Positions 9,394-18,371 of a stretch of 32,000 bases of DNA are shown piece by piece; position 1 is the stretch's first letter; every line of letters starts with the position of its first letter. The stretch is taken from positions 67,800 to 99,799 of the forward strand of contig ACYB01000047.1 in NCBI GenBank assembly GCA_000175855.1, read 5' to 3'. This DNA comes from Raphidiopsis brookii D9 (GTDB taxonomy: Bacteria; Cyanobacteriota; Cyanobacteriia; Cyanobacteriales; Nostocaceae). The notes under the pieces were generated by a model. It saw nothing but the letters and a program-made list of their open reading frames with translations. It had not been told where the DNA came from and made no database searches. A program made the translations under genes and the position numbers.

Positions 9394-10746
9394 TTAAAAA
9401 AGGCTATCAATAGTTTCGTAGTCATACTCTGCTAGAACTTCATTAAAAACTTCTGTAGCTGTATCTCCATCTAGTTCTAAATCTCCTGCTAATTGAGACC
9501 AATATTCATATTCTTCATCGGTGAAGTATTCATCAGCAAGAGCAAACTCCACAGACATTTGAAAAGCTTCTATTGCTGCATCTTCAGCAAGAATAATTTG
9601 TATGGCAGCATTATATAGCATTTCCAGTCCACCAATTTCTACTAGACTATCAATTTTTTCTTGCAGCAGTTCTGCATCAATCTCATAGGTTTCATACAGT
9701 CCCATCAATAACTCTGATTCTTCCTCAGACAGGTTATCCACAGACGCACCACATAAACAAATTACTGCGATCGCTTCTACTAGCGTTAAATAACAGCTTT
9801 CCTCTTCTTCTTGTTCCTCTTCTTCATAAAATTCTTCGTCAAAATCCTCATCCTCCTCAACCCAAACATCAGCAGTTAAATCAAAGTCTGTTGTCCCTTT
9901 AATTTTCCAGCATTCAAAGCATAGGTCTGGGTTGGTCATATACTCATAAGGAATATAGCAATATCCTGAGTCCCCCCATTCCTCACCCCAGGAATTACGG
10001 ACAATAAACACTTTAGCGCTATCTTTATATCCAACGCAAAGCATAGCGTGATTCCCATGTTGTTCTCTACCTTCATCGCTATTTAGATCTGGCATAGGAA
10101 CTCTACCCTGGGCTGTAACACGATCAAAAGATTTAAATAAAACTAGCCCAAAAATAAAAGGATATCCTTCCGCTAAACAGTGCTTCATTGAGTATATGTC
10201 AGGATTGACTTGCTCTGGAGTTTCCCATTGAAACTCATCAGTATTAATTAGTTTTGCAGCTTCAGTGTAAGCTTCACGACTAGGTTTGGTGTTGACGTTT
10301 TTAACTTTGCCATTTTCCGCTATCTGATAACCCCAAGTTGACTCATGACAAATACCCTGCTCTTGCAAACTAACTAATGCTAAGGAAATATTGCTTCCCT
10401 GGTCTTGAATTTTATCACGACCGGAAGCCTCGAGTCCTAGCAATCGTGCATTATAATATACAAAGAGACGACTGAAATCAATATCTTTGCCTACACGGTT
10501 CATTATATACTCATAGCCACCAACAACTGCATTTGCTGTACAACTGTTAGCAGCTGCTTGATTTTCTACAGGGGTCATAAAGGGACGGAGATCCACCTGT
10601 GCGGGTAGGTCTTCTTCATTAAACCTCTGTGTATTGTAGAGTTGAGAACCAGGAACTGTTGAAGCCGAGGAGCTACAACCACTAAGTGCTCTCCAGTCAC
10701 CTGTTTTGCGATCTACAACGTAGGATAATACAGCTTTTTTAGACAT
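9394..10746 (-). CDS. Papain-family (C1) cysteine protease with acidic linker and C-terminal TerB-like domain
   Basis: The reverse-strand start at 10746 and stop at 9394 are seen in the sequence. Candidate catalytic residues are Cys in ENQAAANSCTANA, His in GNHAMLCVGY and Asn in VRNSWGEEWGDSGYCYIPYEY. The acidic EEDEDFDEEFYEEEEQEEEE stretch is followed by a helical LTLVEAIAVICLCGASVDNLSEEESELL... domain. Confidence 0.85.
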   Translation of the reverse strand: MSKKAVLSYVVDRKTGDWRALSGCSSSASTVPGSQLYNTQRFNEEDLPAQVDLRPFMTPVENQAAANSCTANAVVGGYEYIMNRVGKDIDFSRLFVYYNARLLGLEASGRDKIQDQGSNISLALVSLQEQGICHESTWGYQIAENGKVKNVNTKPSREAYTEAAKLINTDEFQWETPEQVNPDIYSMKHCLAEGYPFIFGLVLFKSFDRVTAQGRVPMPDLNSDEGREQHGNHAMLCVGYKDSAKVFIVRNSWGEEWGDSGYCYIPYEYMTNPDLCFECWKIKGTTDFDLTADVWVEEDEDFDEEFYEEEEQEEEESCYLTLVEAIAVICLCGASVDNLSEEESELLMGLYETYEIDAELLQEKIDSLVEIGGLEMLYNAAIQIILAEDAAIEAFQMSVEFALADEYFTDEEYEYWSQLAGDLELDGDTATEVFNEVLAEYDYETIDSLF

Positions 10747-10859
10747 AAACTCTGATGTGGATTGCTCACAAAAATAATTATCAAAATTTTATATTAGCTA
10801 TGCTACGAAAAATTTGTAATTCCTCAATAATTCCTAGTAGATTCTGTAACCTCATGCTT

Positions 10860-11495
10860 TTAATAACGATTAATCACTTCCAGCAGTTCCCAGGGATGAT
10901 CAATCAAAAAGTCAGGATTTTCCCTAGCTAGTGCTTCAGGAGAATTAAACCCCCAAGTAACTGCTATGACTTGCACATGTGCCTTTTTTGCAGCTTCTAT
11001 GTCTCTAATTTCATCACCTACATAAATGACAGTCTCGGGCTTAATTTGTCTTTGTTTAATTACATTACTCATGATAGTATTCTTACCAAAAATTGTTACC
11101 CCTGAATGAACAAATTCAAATAGATTGTCTAACTGATGACACTTGAGAAATTCATGGACATTCTCTTGTGCATTAGAGGTAATAATTCCTAATTTATATC
11201 CCTGATTACTTAGCTCTCTTAGTGCTTCAGGAATTTCTGGTATGGGTTGTACATTCTTGATTTTATTTTTTAATTCTCCTTTCACTCTTTTAACTAAAAA
11301 GGGTATTTTAAATAGGGATATACCTGAATACTTAATAATTTGTCTAGCAGTTAAATTTCTTAATAGTTTTAATTCATTAGCAGATATTTGCATATAGCCA
11401 AACTCCCGGGCTAGACGATTAGCAATTGTTACCAAAGCGTCTAATGTATCTGCAATTGTGCCATCAAAGTCAAAGATGATTACTTTTTGAGTCAT
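10860..11495 (-). CDS. HAD-superfamily hydrolase, phosphoglycolate-phosphatase-like
   Basis: IIFDFDGTIADT, LGIITSNAQENV, VIYVGDEIRDIEAAKKAHVQVIAVTWGFNS. Confidence 0.9.
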   Translation of the reverse strand: MTQKVIIFDFDGTIADTLDALVTIANRLAREFGYMQISANELKLLRNLTARQIIKYSGISLFKIPFLVKRVKGELKNKIKNVQPIPEIPEALRELSNQGYKLGIITSNAQENVHEFLKCHQLDNLFEFVHSGVTIFGKNTIMSNVIKQRQIKPETVIYVGDEIRDIEAAKKAHVQVIAVTWGFNSPEALARENPDFLIDHPWELLEVINRY

Positions 11496-12441
11496 TATTT
11501 AGTTTCAACGTAGTAAGATTGGCACGAGCATTTTTACGTAACATTCCTGGTTTAATCCGTCTCAAAGCTGATGCAGAGAATTTTTCATTCCATTGCTCAT
11601 CAGTGATCTCCGATAATTCTACCAGCTTGGGAGCTAAATTTCCCGGGTAGGGATGAAAATCTACCACATCTGTTATCTGGGAAAACCGCTGATTCCAAGG
11701 ACAAACATCTTGACAAATATCACAACCAGCAACCCATCCTTGTAAATTTCTTTCTATGGTTATTGGCAGGGTTTCTCCTCTATTTTCAATAGTATGATAG
11801 GCAATACACTTATTGGCATCTACAACAAATGGCTGAGCAATTGCTTCTGTTGGACAAGCTTCTATACATCTGTTACAAGTACCACAGTGTTGGGTAGCTG
11901 GAGTATCTCCCTCTAATTCTAGATTAGTTAATACCTCACCTAAAAATACCCAGGAACCATATTCCCTGGTTATCACATTACCGTTTTTGCCAATCCAGCC
12001 AATACCCGCTTTCTCAGCCCAAACTTTGTCCTGTATGGGTCCTGTATCGGCATAATATCTGGCTTTTATACCCTCACCCTTTGATTCCAACCAGGTAGCC
12101 AATTGTTTGAGCTTTTTATGTAGAATCCTATGATAATCTCTCCCCCACCCATAACGGGATATTTTCCCATACTCTACCCCTTGAGGACGGGGATGGGGTG
12201 TATAATAGTTTATCGCTACACAAACGAGCGATCGCACTTCTGGCATAACTAATTTTATGTCTTCTCGTTTTGGATTGGTCATCCAATCCATGTCAGCATG
12301 ATAACCCAGACTTATCCATTTCCTCAATCTTTCCTTTTCTTTGCTTTCCCCCAATACAACTGCGACACCAACTTTGTGGAATCCTAATTTGTAGGCTTTT
12401 TCTTTAATGGTATGAGTACTTAAGCTAGTTAAATAAGACAT
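11470..12441 (-). CDS. queG: Epoxyqueuosine reductase QueG
   Basis: Two 4Fe-4S motifs CGTCNRCIEACPTEAI and CDICQDVCPWNQRF; GYHADMDWMTNPKR, YADTGPIQDKVWAEKAGIGWIGKNGNVI. Overlaps the downstream HAD gene by 26 bp. Confidence 0.93.
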   Translation of the reverse strand: MSYLTSLSTHTIKEKAYKLGFHKVGVAVVLGESKEKERLRKWISLGYHADMDWMTNPKREDIKLVMPEVRSLVCVAINYYTPHPRPQGVEYGKISRYGWGRDYHRILHKKLKQLATWLESKGEGIKARYYADTGPIQDKVWAEKAGIGWIGKNGNVITREYGSWVFLGEVLTNLELEGDTPATQHCGTCNRCIEACPTEAIAQPFVVDANKCIAYHTIENRGETLPITIERNLQGWVAGCDICQDVCPWNQRFSQITDVVDFHPYPGNLAPKLVELSEITDEQWNEKFSASALRRIKPGMLRKNARANLTTLKLNNDSKSNHL

Positions 12442-12520
12442 GATGAGGTAGGAATTAGGTGGGTGAGATTAAAGTTTGGAGTATAATAGTAGAGTTATTC
12501 CTAAGCAAGGATGAAAAACA

Positions 12521-13249
12521 GTGAACCAAGCGGAAATTAGTACTCTCATTAAACAACAACTGAAACAACTAATTGTGGAAGACCCTGTGATCAAGAATTT
12601 GATTTTAGGTTCCATGTCGCAATATTATATTGGAAGACAAGACGCGGATAGTAAATTCGACCGGACCCTGGCACAATTGCAATCTTACCAGGAAGAGCAG
12701 AATCGTAAATGGGAAGAGCAGAATCGCCACAATCGTGAAATCATGGCACAATTGCAGTCTTACCAGGAAGAGCAGAATCGTAAGTGGGAAGAGCAAAATC
12801 GCCACAATCTGCAAGTTTTGGAAGAAATTAAACAAATGAACCGGAAACATGAAAGTACAGTTGGTTCCCTAGGTTCGCGATGGGGATTATCGTCAGAAGC
12901 AAGCTTCAGAAATGGACTAAAAGGAATTTTAAAAGATTCTTTTGGCGTAGAAGTGTTGAATTTCCTTGATTTCGACAATGAAGGAGAGGTTTTTGGCAGA
13001 CCGGACCAGGTGGAAATAGATGTGATTATCAAAAATGGTTTGATAATTTTATGTGAAATTAAATCCTCGATTGACAAAGCAGGAATGTATATTTTTGATC
13101 GGAAAGTAGCATTTTATGAAAAACATCATCAAAGAAGAGTTGATCGCAAATTAGTAATTTCCCCCATGGTAGACCCAAGAGCTTTGCCAGTAGCACAAAA
13201 CTTGGGAATTGAGATTTACAGCTATGCTGAAGATGTAAATAGCATTTAG
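12521..13249 (+). CDS. PD-(D/E)XK nuclease-like protein with N-terminal coiled-coil heptads (DUF3782-like)
   Basis: C-terminal VEIDVIIKNGLIILCEIKSSIDKAGMYIFDRKVAFYEKH matches the D-(x)n-E-x-K nuclease core. The N-terminal part has repeated EEQNRKWEEQNRHN heptads. Confidence 0.75.
   Translation: MNQAEISTLIKQQLKQLIVEDPVIKNLILGSMSQYYIGRQDADSKFDRTLAQLQSYQEEQNRKWEEQNRHNREIMAQLQSYQEEQNRKWEEQNRHNLQVLEEIKQMNRKHESTVGSLGSRWGLSSEASFRNGLKGILKDSFGVEVLNFLDFDNEGEVFGRPDQVEIDVIIKNGLIILCEIKSSIDKAGMYIFDRKVAFYEKHHQRRVDRKLVISPMVDPRALPVAQNLGIEIYSYAEDVNSI
12671..12809 (+). repeat. In-frame 75-bp direct repeat, about 1.85 copies (25-aa unit), with internal 21-bp repeats
   Basis: Copy 1 begins at 12671 (GCACAATTGCAATCTTACCAGGAAGAGCAGAATCGTAAATGGGAAGAGCAGAATCGCCACAATCG...). 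Copy 2 begins at 12746 and is near-identical to 12809. Confidence 0.9.
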
Positions 13250-13388
13250 TCCACACTGAAAACTGCCAAATAACGAAACAGCATTGTTTTATCTAACTCA
13301 ATATTCGAAAGCGCCCATTGCCAATCTGGATGAGCTGTCATTAATCAATTTTCTAATGTTTCCCGGTCGAAAAGATGATACAGCATGA

Positions 13389-13814
13389 TTAACTTCCGCA
13401 TAAGGGAATGGTCGTTTCCAGCTTGAGACAGTTAGCACCATTGACCTGTAAATGATATTCAACCTTATCCATCAACCGATTCATAATCAGCCAACCATAG
13501 CCACCTTCTTGTTTTTGTTCAGGATGGGGAGGGAAGTAGGTGGTTATATCAAAACCATGTCCATAGTCCCAAACTTCAATACCTAGTTTCTGATCTGTCA
13601 GTTCCAGACGCAATAGAATTGGCAAATTTGGTTTATCTTTATGAGCATGGCGAACCGCATTTGAATATGCTTCAACCAGCGCAAGACGTAAACGAAGGGA
13701 TTCGCTTGACCAATCCAGAGAATTCCTCAAATGTTGTTTTAAGTATGCCAACAACCAGCTTTCAACTGTGTTGACAAAACTTAAATCACTGGGTACATAA
13801 AGTTCACTTTTCAT
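13389..13814 (-). CDS. Anti-sigma regulatory factor, RsbW/SpoIIAB-like serine kinase (HATPase_c)
   Basis: RLRLALVEAYSNAVRHAHKDKPNLPILLRLELTDQKLGIEVWDYGHGFD (N box and G1 box), QKQEGGYGWLIMNRLMDKVEY. Confidence 0.88.
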   Translation of the reverse strand: MKSELYVPSDLSFVNTVESWLLAYLKQHLRNSLDWSSESLRLRLALVEAYSNAVRHAHKDKPNLPILLRLELTDQKLGIEVWDYGHGFDITTYFPPHPEQKQEGGYGWLIMNRLMDKVEYHLQVNGANCLKLETTIPLCGS

Positions 13815-13817
13815 CGT

Positions 13818-15503
13818 TTACAAAATTTCCAGAGAGAGAATGGTCTGATCATCTTCTTGAACAGGATTATCGCTTTGAACTCGAGCGATTAGCTGTTCAA
13901 GAGACAAAGGTTGAGGTTGTTCCCGTATAAGTTGCCAAATACCTTCTTTATTTAGTATAGACCAAGTTAGCGCCTGAGTGCCACTGTTATTTTTAATTAG
14001 TGATTTAGGCCTTATTGTTACTTTTGCTTCCGTAATACCGTCGCTCAGAAGTAGAAGGGTGTCTTTGGGAGCGAGAATTAATCTACCAGACTGTGATGAC
14101 AGCTCAGGGAAAATCCCCAGAGGTACACTGCGGGTTGTGAGATATTGAGGTTCAGCTAAAGAGGCTGGATATGACCATAAGAGGGGATAAATGTGTCCAG
14201 CATTGGCGTATATGAATTCTCGAGTAGTTTTATTATATTTGGCAATGACAAGAGTAATTAAATAATTTACACTGATTAGGTCTTCAGCTAGAGCATAGTT
14301 GAGATTTTGCAACACAATATTTGGCGGTGGTGGTGATTCCTGAGATAATTCACGACGCAAAAGAGAAATAGCACTGGCCATAAATAAAGCTGCAGGTACA
14401 CCCTTACCAGAAACATCACCTACTGCTAACCACAGTTCACCAGATGGATGGAGAAACACCTCAAAAAAAATCTCCCCCACTTCTCGTGCAGGGTAACAGC
14501 ACGCCTGTATTTTCAACCCGTCAATTTTTGGTAAAGTTTGACGCAGCAGATTATTTTGAATTTGACGTGCTACTTGCAGTTCTTGGCGAGTCTGTTCTTG
14601 TTTCTCTTTTAAGCTTTGGTCAAGCCTGGCCTGGGAAAGGGTCAGAGATGCTTGTTTTGCTACATCTCCAATCAGTTCTATATCCTCTTGCTCCCATGGT
14701 GTTTCTACAGTGCATTTACACAAGGTCATTACGGCTAGTAAATCATCCTGATAACAAAAGGGAACTATTAAATAATGTAAATAATGAGCGTGATTGACCT
14801 TATCTGTATATTGAACTACTTGATATTTTTTTCCCAATATAATTTTTTGAATTAGGCTTAATGACTCCTTGGGTAAGTCAGGGGTTAGACAATCAAGGTC
14901 ACAGTATAAAAATATAGCTGTTGTTAGGATATCACCTTCCACTAACCTTAACAAACAACTACTAGCTGCAAATTTTTCTCCAATTGTAGCTACCATTTTA
15001 TCAAGGGTACTTGTATAACTATGGGAATCTCTAAGTATCTTAGTAATGGCATTAAATAAAGACTCTCTCTTCAAAGCCTGACGTAACTCTCTCGTGCGAG
15101 TTTTTAATAAATTGTAAGTATCCCTTCCCTGTTCAACTAATGCTCTAAGTTGTTGGGGGTTCCATGGTTTGGTAATATATTTGAATACTCGACCTGAGTT
15201 AATTGCATCTACTAAATCTTCAACATCAGTATAAGCAGTAAGAAGAATGCGAATGGTATCAGGAAAACGTTCAACAATTTGACTAAGAAATTCTGTACCC
15301 TTCATATCTGGCATTCTTTGGTCAGAAATAATCACTGACATTTCTCCCACCTGATCCAAGATAGTCCAAGCATGACTGACACTGTTAGCTTTATAGACTT
15401 CAAAATCACGCCAGAAAGTGCGATATACCAGGTCTAGATTGTCCGGTTCATCATCTACCACCATTAATTTAGGTTTTTGCACATCATTGTCATAGTTAAC
15501 CAT
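13818..15503 (-). CDS. Response regulator with GAF-like middle region and SpoIIE/RsbU-type PP2C phosphatase
   Basis: Receiver PKLMVVDDEPDNLDLV...VIISDQRMPDMKGTEFL...LLTAYTDVEDLVDAI, GAF-like region, then ARQIQNNLLRQTLP, GDVSGKGVPAALFM, YANAGH, LLSDGITEA, EDDQTILSL. Ends 4 bp before the RsbW-like gene. Confidence 0.88.
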   Translation of the reverse strand: MVNYDNDVQKPKLMVVDDEPDNLDLVYRTFWRDFEVYKANSVSHAWTILDQVGEMSVIISDQRMPDMKGTEFLSQIVERFPDTIRILLTAYTDVEDLVDAINSGRVFKYITKPWNPQQLRALVEQGRDTYNLLKTRTRELRQALKRESLFNAITKILRDSHSYTSTLDKMVATIGEKFAASSCLLRLVEGDILTTAIFLYCDLDCLTPDLPKESLSLIQKIILGKKYQVVQYTDKVNHAHYLHYLIVPFCYQDDLLAVMTLCKCTVETPWEQEDIELIGDVAKQASLTLSQARLDQSLKEKQEQTRQELQVARQIQNNLLRQTLPKIDGLKIQACCYPAREVGEIFFEVFLHPSGELWLAVGDVSGKGVPAALFMASAISLLRRELSQESPPPPNIVLQNLNYALAEDLISVNYLITLVIAKYNKTTREFIYANAGHIYPLLWSYPASLAEPQYLTTRSVPLGIFPELSSQSGRLILAPKDTLLLLSDGITEAKVTIRPKSLIKNNSGTQALTWSILNKEGIWQLIREQPQPLSLEQLIARVQSDNPVQEDDQTILSLEIL

Positions 15504-15650
15504 ACTACTGAGCTGAAAAAGTGGAGGTCAGGACGGGAAAAAACTCCCAGCTTTTTGGGACTAAAATCGTCAAAAGTTTCCGAAAAATTGGATAAACTAG
15601 TGTAAAGTTTGGTGTGAGCTTAAGTTTAGTCTAATTTAAAATACAATGTT

Positions 15651-16394
15651 ATGTTAACCTATCAGTCACCTGAAAAATTCCCCGTTTTGGGGTTACCAGT
15701 TCATCTGGTGGAAAATTACCCCTATTGGTTAGTAGAGTCTCTTCAGCAGGGTAGAGGAGCCCATGTGGTGACTCTCAATGCGGAAATGACTATGCAAGCT
15801 AGACGGAACCCAAGTTTGTCCACGGTTATTGAAAACGCTGACCTCGTTATCCCAGATGGCGCAGGAGTGGTATTATATCTACGTTTCATACTCAAACAGC
15901 AGGTAAAACGTTTTCCCGGTATTGAACTAGCAGAAGGTCTACTCCAAGAACTGGGTAGAAAAGCAACATCTACAAAGGTATTTTTTTATGGCGGATCGCC
16001 AGGAGTAGCAGCTAAAGCTGCGGATTTTTGGCAAAAACAAGTTCCTAATTTAAATTTTGTTGGTACTCACTCTGGATATCATTCCCCAGAAACTGAAAAA
16101 ATATTACTAGAGACTTTAACTGAGTTACAACCTCAAGTCATTTTTGTAGGCTTAGGAGTTCCTCGTCAAGAACTATGGATCGCTAAAAACCGTAGTCTGT
16201 GTCCTCAGGCGGTTTGGATTGGGGTGGGCGGTAGTTTTGATATTTGGTCTGGTGGCAAAAACCGCGCACCCCAATGGTTGGCAAATAATAATTTAGAATG
16301 GCTTTATCGTTTATATCAAGAACCTTGGCGATGGCGTCGAATGCTGGCTTTACCAGAGTTCTTATTTCAGTCTCTAATCTCAAAAGGTCATTAA
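15651..16394 (+). CDS. WecG/TagA/CpsF family glycosyltransferase
   Basis: VVTLNAEMTMQARRNPSLSTVIENADLVIPDGAGVV, FFYGGSPGVAAKAA, FVGLGVPRQELWIAKN, VWIGVGGSFDIWSGGKNRAPQWLANNNLEWLYRLYQEPWRWRRM. Confidence 0.92.
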   Translation: MLTYQSPEKFPVLGLPVHLVENYPYWLVESLQQGRGAHVVTLNAEMTMQARRNPSLSTVIENADLVIPDGAGVVLYLRFILKQQVKRFPGIELAEGLLQELGRKATSTKVFFYGGSPGVAAKAADFWQKQVPNLNFVGTHSGYHSPETEKILLETLTELQPQVIFVGLGVPRQELWIAKNRSLCPQAVWIGVGGSFDIWSGGKNRAPQWLANNNLEWLYRLYQEPWRWRRMLALPEFLFQSLISKGH

Positions 16395-16427
16395 AATGGA
16401 AATGCCCACATACGTAACTAATCAAGG

Positions 16428-16964
16428 TTACTTACTATCCTTGAGCCGAATATCAATCACGGAAGCGTTGAAATTGTAGTTAAACCCTTCCAGTTCAAAA
16501 GGCATGCCAATTTTTACTTTACTATTACCCAAGACTGGGCCATTGTCCGTAACTTGTGCTTTCCCCTCTAAGGTCAGTAGAAAATCCGTGCTAAAATTAT
16601 TACTTCTCGGATCTGGCAATTCTTTAATTGAACCATCTGGTTGGGGTACTAAGATGGTTCTTTTTAACTCCTCGATGGATTTAATCCCAATTTGTCCGTA
16701 GGGTTGATTACGAATAATTACGTTAGTTTTGCCGCCTTTGGTAAATCCCTGTTTAAATAGTTGCTGGCTATCTCGGACATTTAAACCCCTTACTATTAGG
16801 TCTACTTCTATGGGAACTGTTTTCGTACCTATCTGAGCTATGGAACCAGAAGTCCCAGGAAACACAAAAATGCCAATTATCACTAGTAATATTACCAGTG
16901 CTGCACTTAGATCTAGAAAGTTAATTTTACCGAATAGCCGCCCTTTGGCATCTAGAATATTCAT
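16428..16964 (-). CDS. DUF4330 domain-containing protein
   Basis: Track ORF extends to GTG 16979; the likely ATG is at 16964 (MNILDAKGRLFGKINFLDLSAALVILLVIIGIFVFPG...). Overlaps or abuts the preceding ankyrin ORF. Confidence 0.75.
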   Translation of the reverse strand: MNILDAKGRLFGKINFLDLSAALVILLVIIGIFVFPGTSGSIAQIGTKTVPIEVDLIVRGLNVRDSQQLFKQGFTKGGKTNVIIRNQPYGQIGIKSIEELKRTILVPQPDGSIKELPDPRSNNFSTDFLLTLEGKAQVTDNGPVLGNSKVKIGMPFELEGFNYNFNASVIDIRLKDSK

Positions 16965-16965
16965 T

Positions 16966-18222
16966 CTACTCCTTCGCACCTGCTTGTATTAATAAGTTAC
17001 TTGTTTCTGCATAATTATTAGATTTTGCAATCATTAGAGCTGTGTACCCACCATGATTTCTTGTGTTTACCTTTGCCCCAGCTTTAATTAACATATCTAC
17101 CGCTCGAATATATCCTTGCTTAGTAGCATACATTAGTGGTGTTATACCTACTGGGTCTTGTAGGTTGACATTTGCTCCTTTTGTCAGAAGCAGTTGAAAA
17201 GTTTCTGGATGGTTACCAATTATAGCTTTAACTAGGGCACTGTTGCCATCTTCAGCCATAACATTTATATTAACCCCACTTCCAATAAAACCTTGACCGT
17301 TTCAGTATGTCCTTGGAATGCTGCTAAGGTCAAGGGGAATTCCCCCAAATTCTTTTTTGCTGCCATCTGCTCCCGCAGCAAGTAGAACCCTGACTATTTC
17401 TTGGTACCCTTGAAATACTGCTAAGATTAGGGGGGTGTCTCCCAAATTATTTCTGATTTCTAAGTTAGCACCCCTATTTATTAGGGTTTTCACTGTCTCT
17501 AGGTGGTTTTCGACAACGCTAAAGTGCATGGCTGTTTCACCATCTTGATCTTGGTGATTAATTTCTGCACCCCCATCTAACAGCACTTGGATAATTTCAG
17601 TATGTCCGCCAGCAGCAGCAGCTAGTAGTGCCGTAGTTCCATCACTATTCTCTAGGTTAGGGTTAACACCATATAATAACAATGTTTTCACTATGTCTAA
17701 GTGACCATTATCCGCTCCCATAATTAACAGGCTTTCAGTCTCACCCTTAACTTGACTATGTTTTAGGAGAATATTCAATATAACCTTATTATTCTGCCTA
17801 ATTGCTAGTTTAAATGCATCCTCATTATGTTCGTCTACAATTTTTGGATCTGCTCCAAAATTTAACAGGTTTTGTACAGTCTCAATGTGACCCTTCTCTA
17901 CTGCTATCATTAATGCTGTACTTCCATCTTCATTGACCGCATTTGTATTTGCTCCTTGAGATGTTAGCAATTTTACTACTTCAACTTGATTATGTGCAGC
18001 AGCTAACATTAATGCTGTTAAACCATGGAGTTTCCTAGGTAAATCAATATCAGCTCCAAACTCCAATAGGCAACGTACAATCTCCGTGTAGCCAAAATTA
18101 GCAGCAAACATTAATGCTGTCGTACCATGGCGATCGCCCGCATCTACTGGAAATCCCGATCCTAGTAATTGACGAACCTGCTGAACATTACCATTTTTCG
18201 CAGCCGTAAGTAAATCAATCAT
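16966..18222 (-). pseudogene. Ankyrin-repeat protein gene, split into ORFs 17302..18222 and 16966..17259 by a +1/-1 indel pair
   Basis: Tandem ankyrin repeats (DGSTALMIAVEKGHIETVQNLLNFGADP etc.). Between the two ORFs a third frame encodes LAAFQGHTETVKVLLE, which bridges them. Confidence 0.8.
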
Positions 18223-18371
18223 CTCATTAACCTCAGTTTCAGTAAATACAACTAGTTATAGTGTTATAATTGGTGAATTATTATGGGGAACCCAAGTAAA
18301 TCACTTTTTGCAGTGTTTGCCATAATTTATGCTAAGTTTTATAAAGATTTAATACTTTAGGTAAATAAACC

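Noticed and set aside
9770-9850. Acidic region of the C1 protease ORF considered as a frameshift artefact
   Set aside because: The frame stays open and sensible on both sides, and acidic linkers of this kind are common; no alternate frame gives a better continuation.
11470-11495. 26-bp overlap between queG and the HAD gene considered as evidence of a mis-called start
   Set aside because: The HAD MTQKVIIFDFDGT start is well placed relative to the DxDGT motif, so the overlap is probably real and unremarkable.
12605-12850. Antisense ORF within the coiled-coil repeat (and 12630..12839, 12760..13077)
   Set aside because: They arise from the repetitive sense coding sequence; low-complexity shadow ORFs with no recognisable domain.
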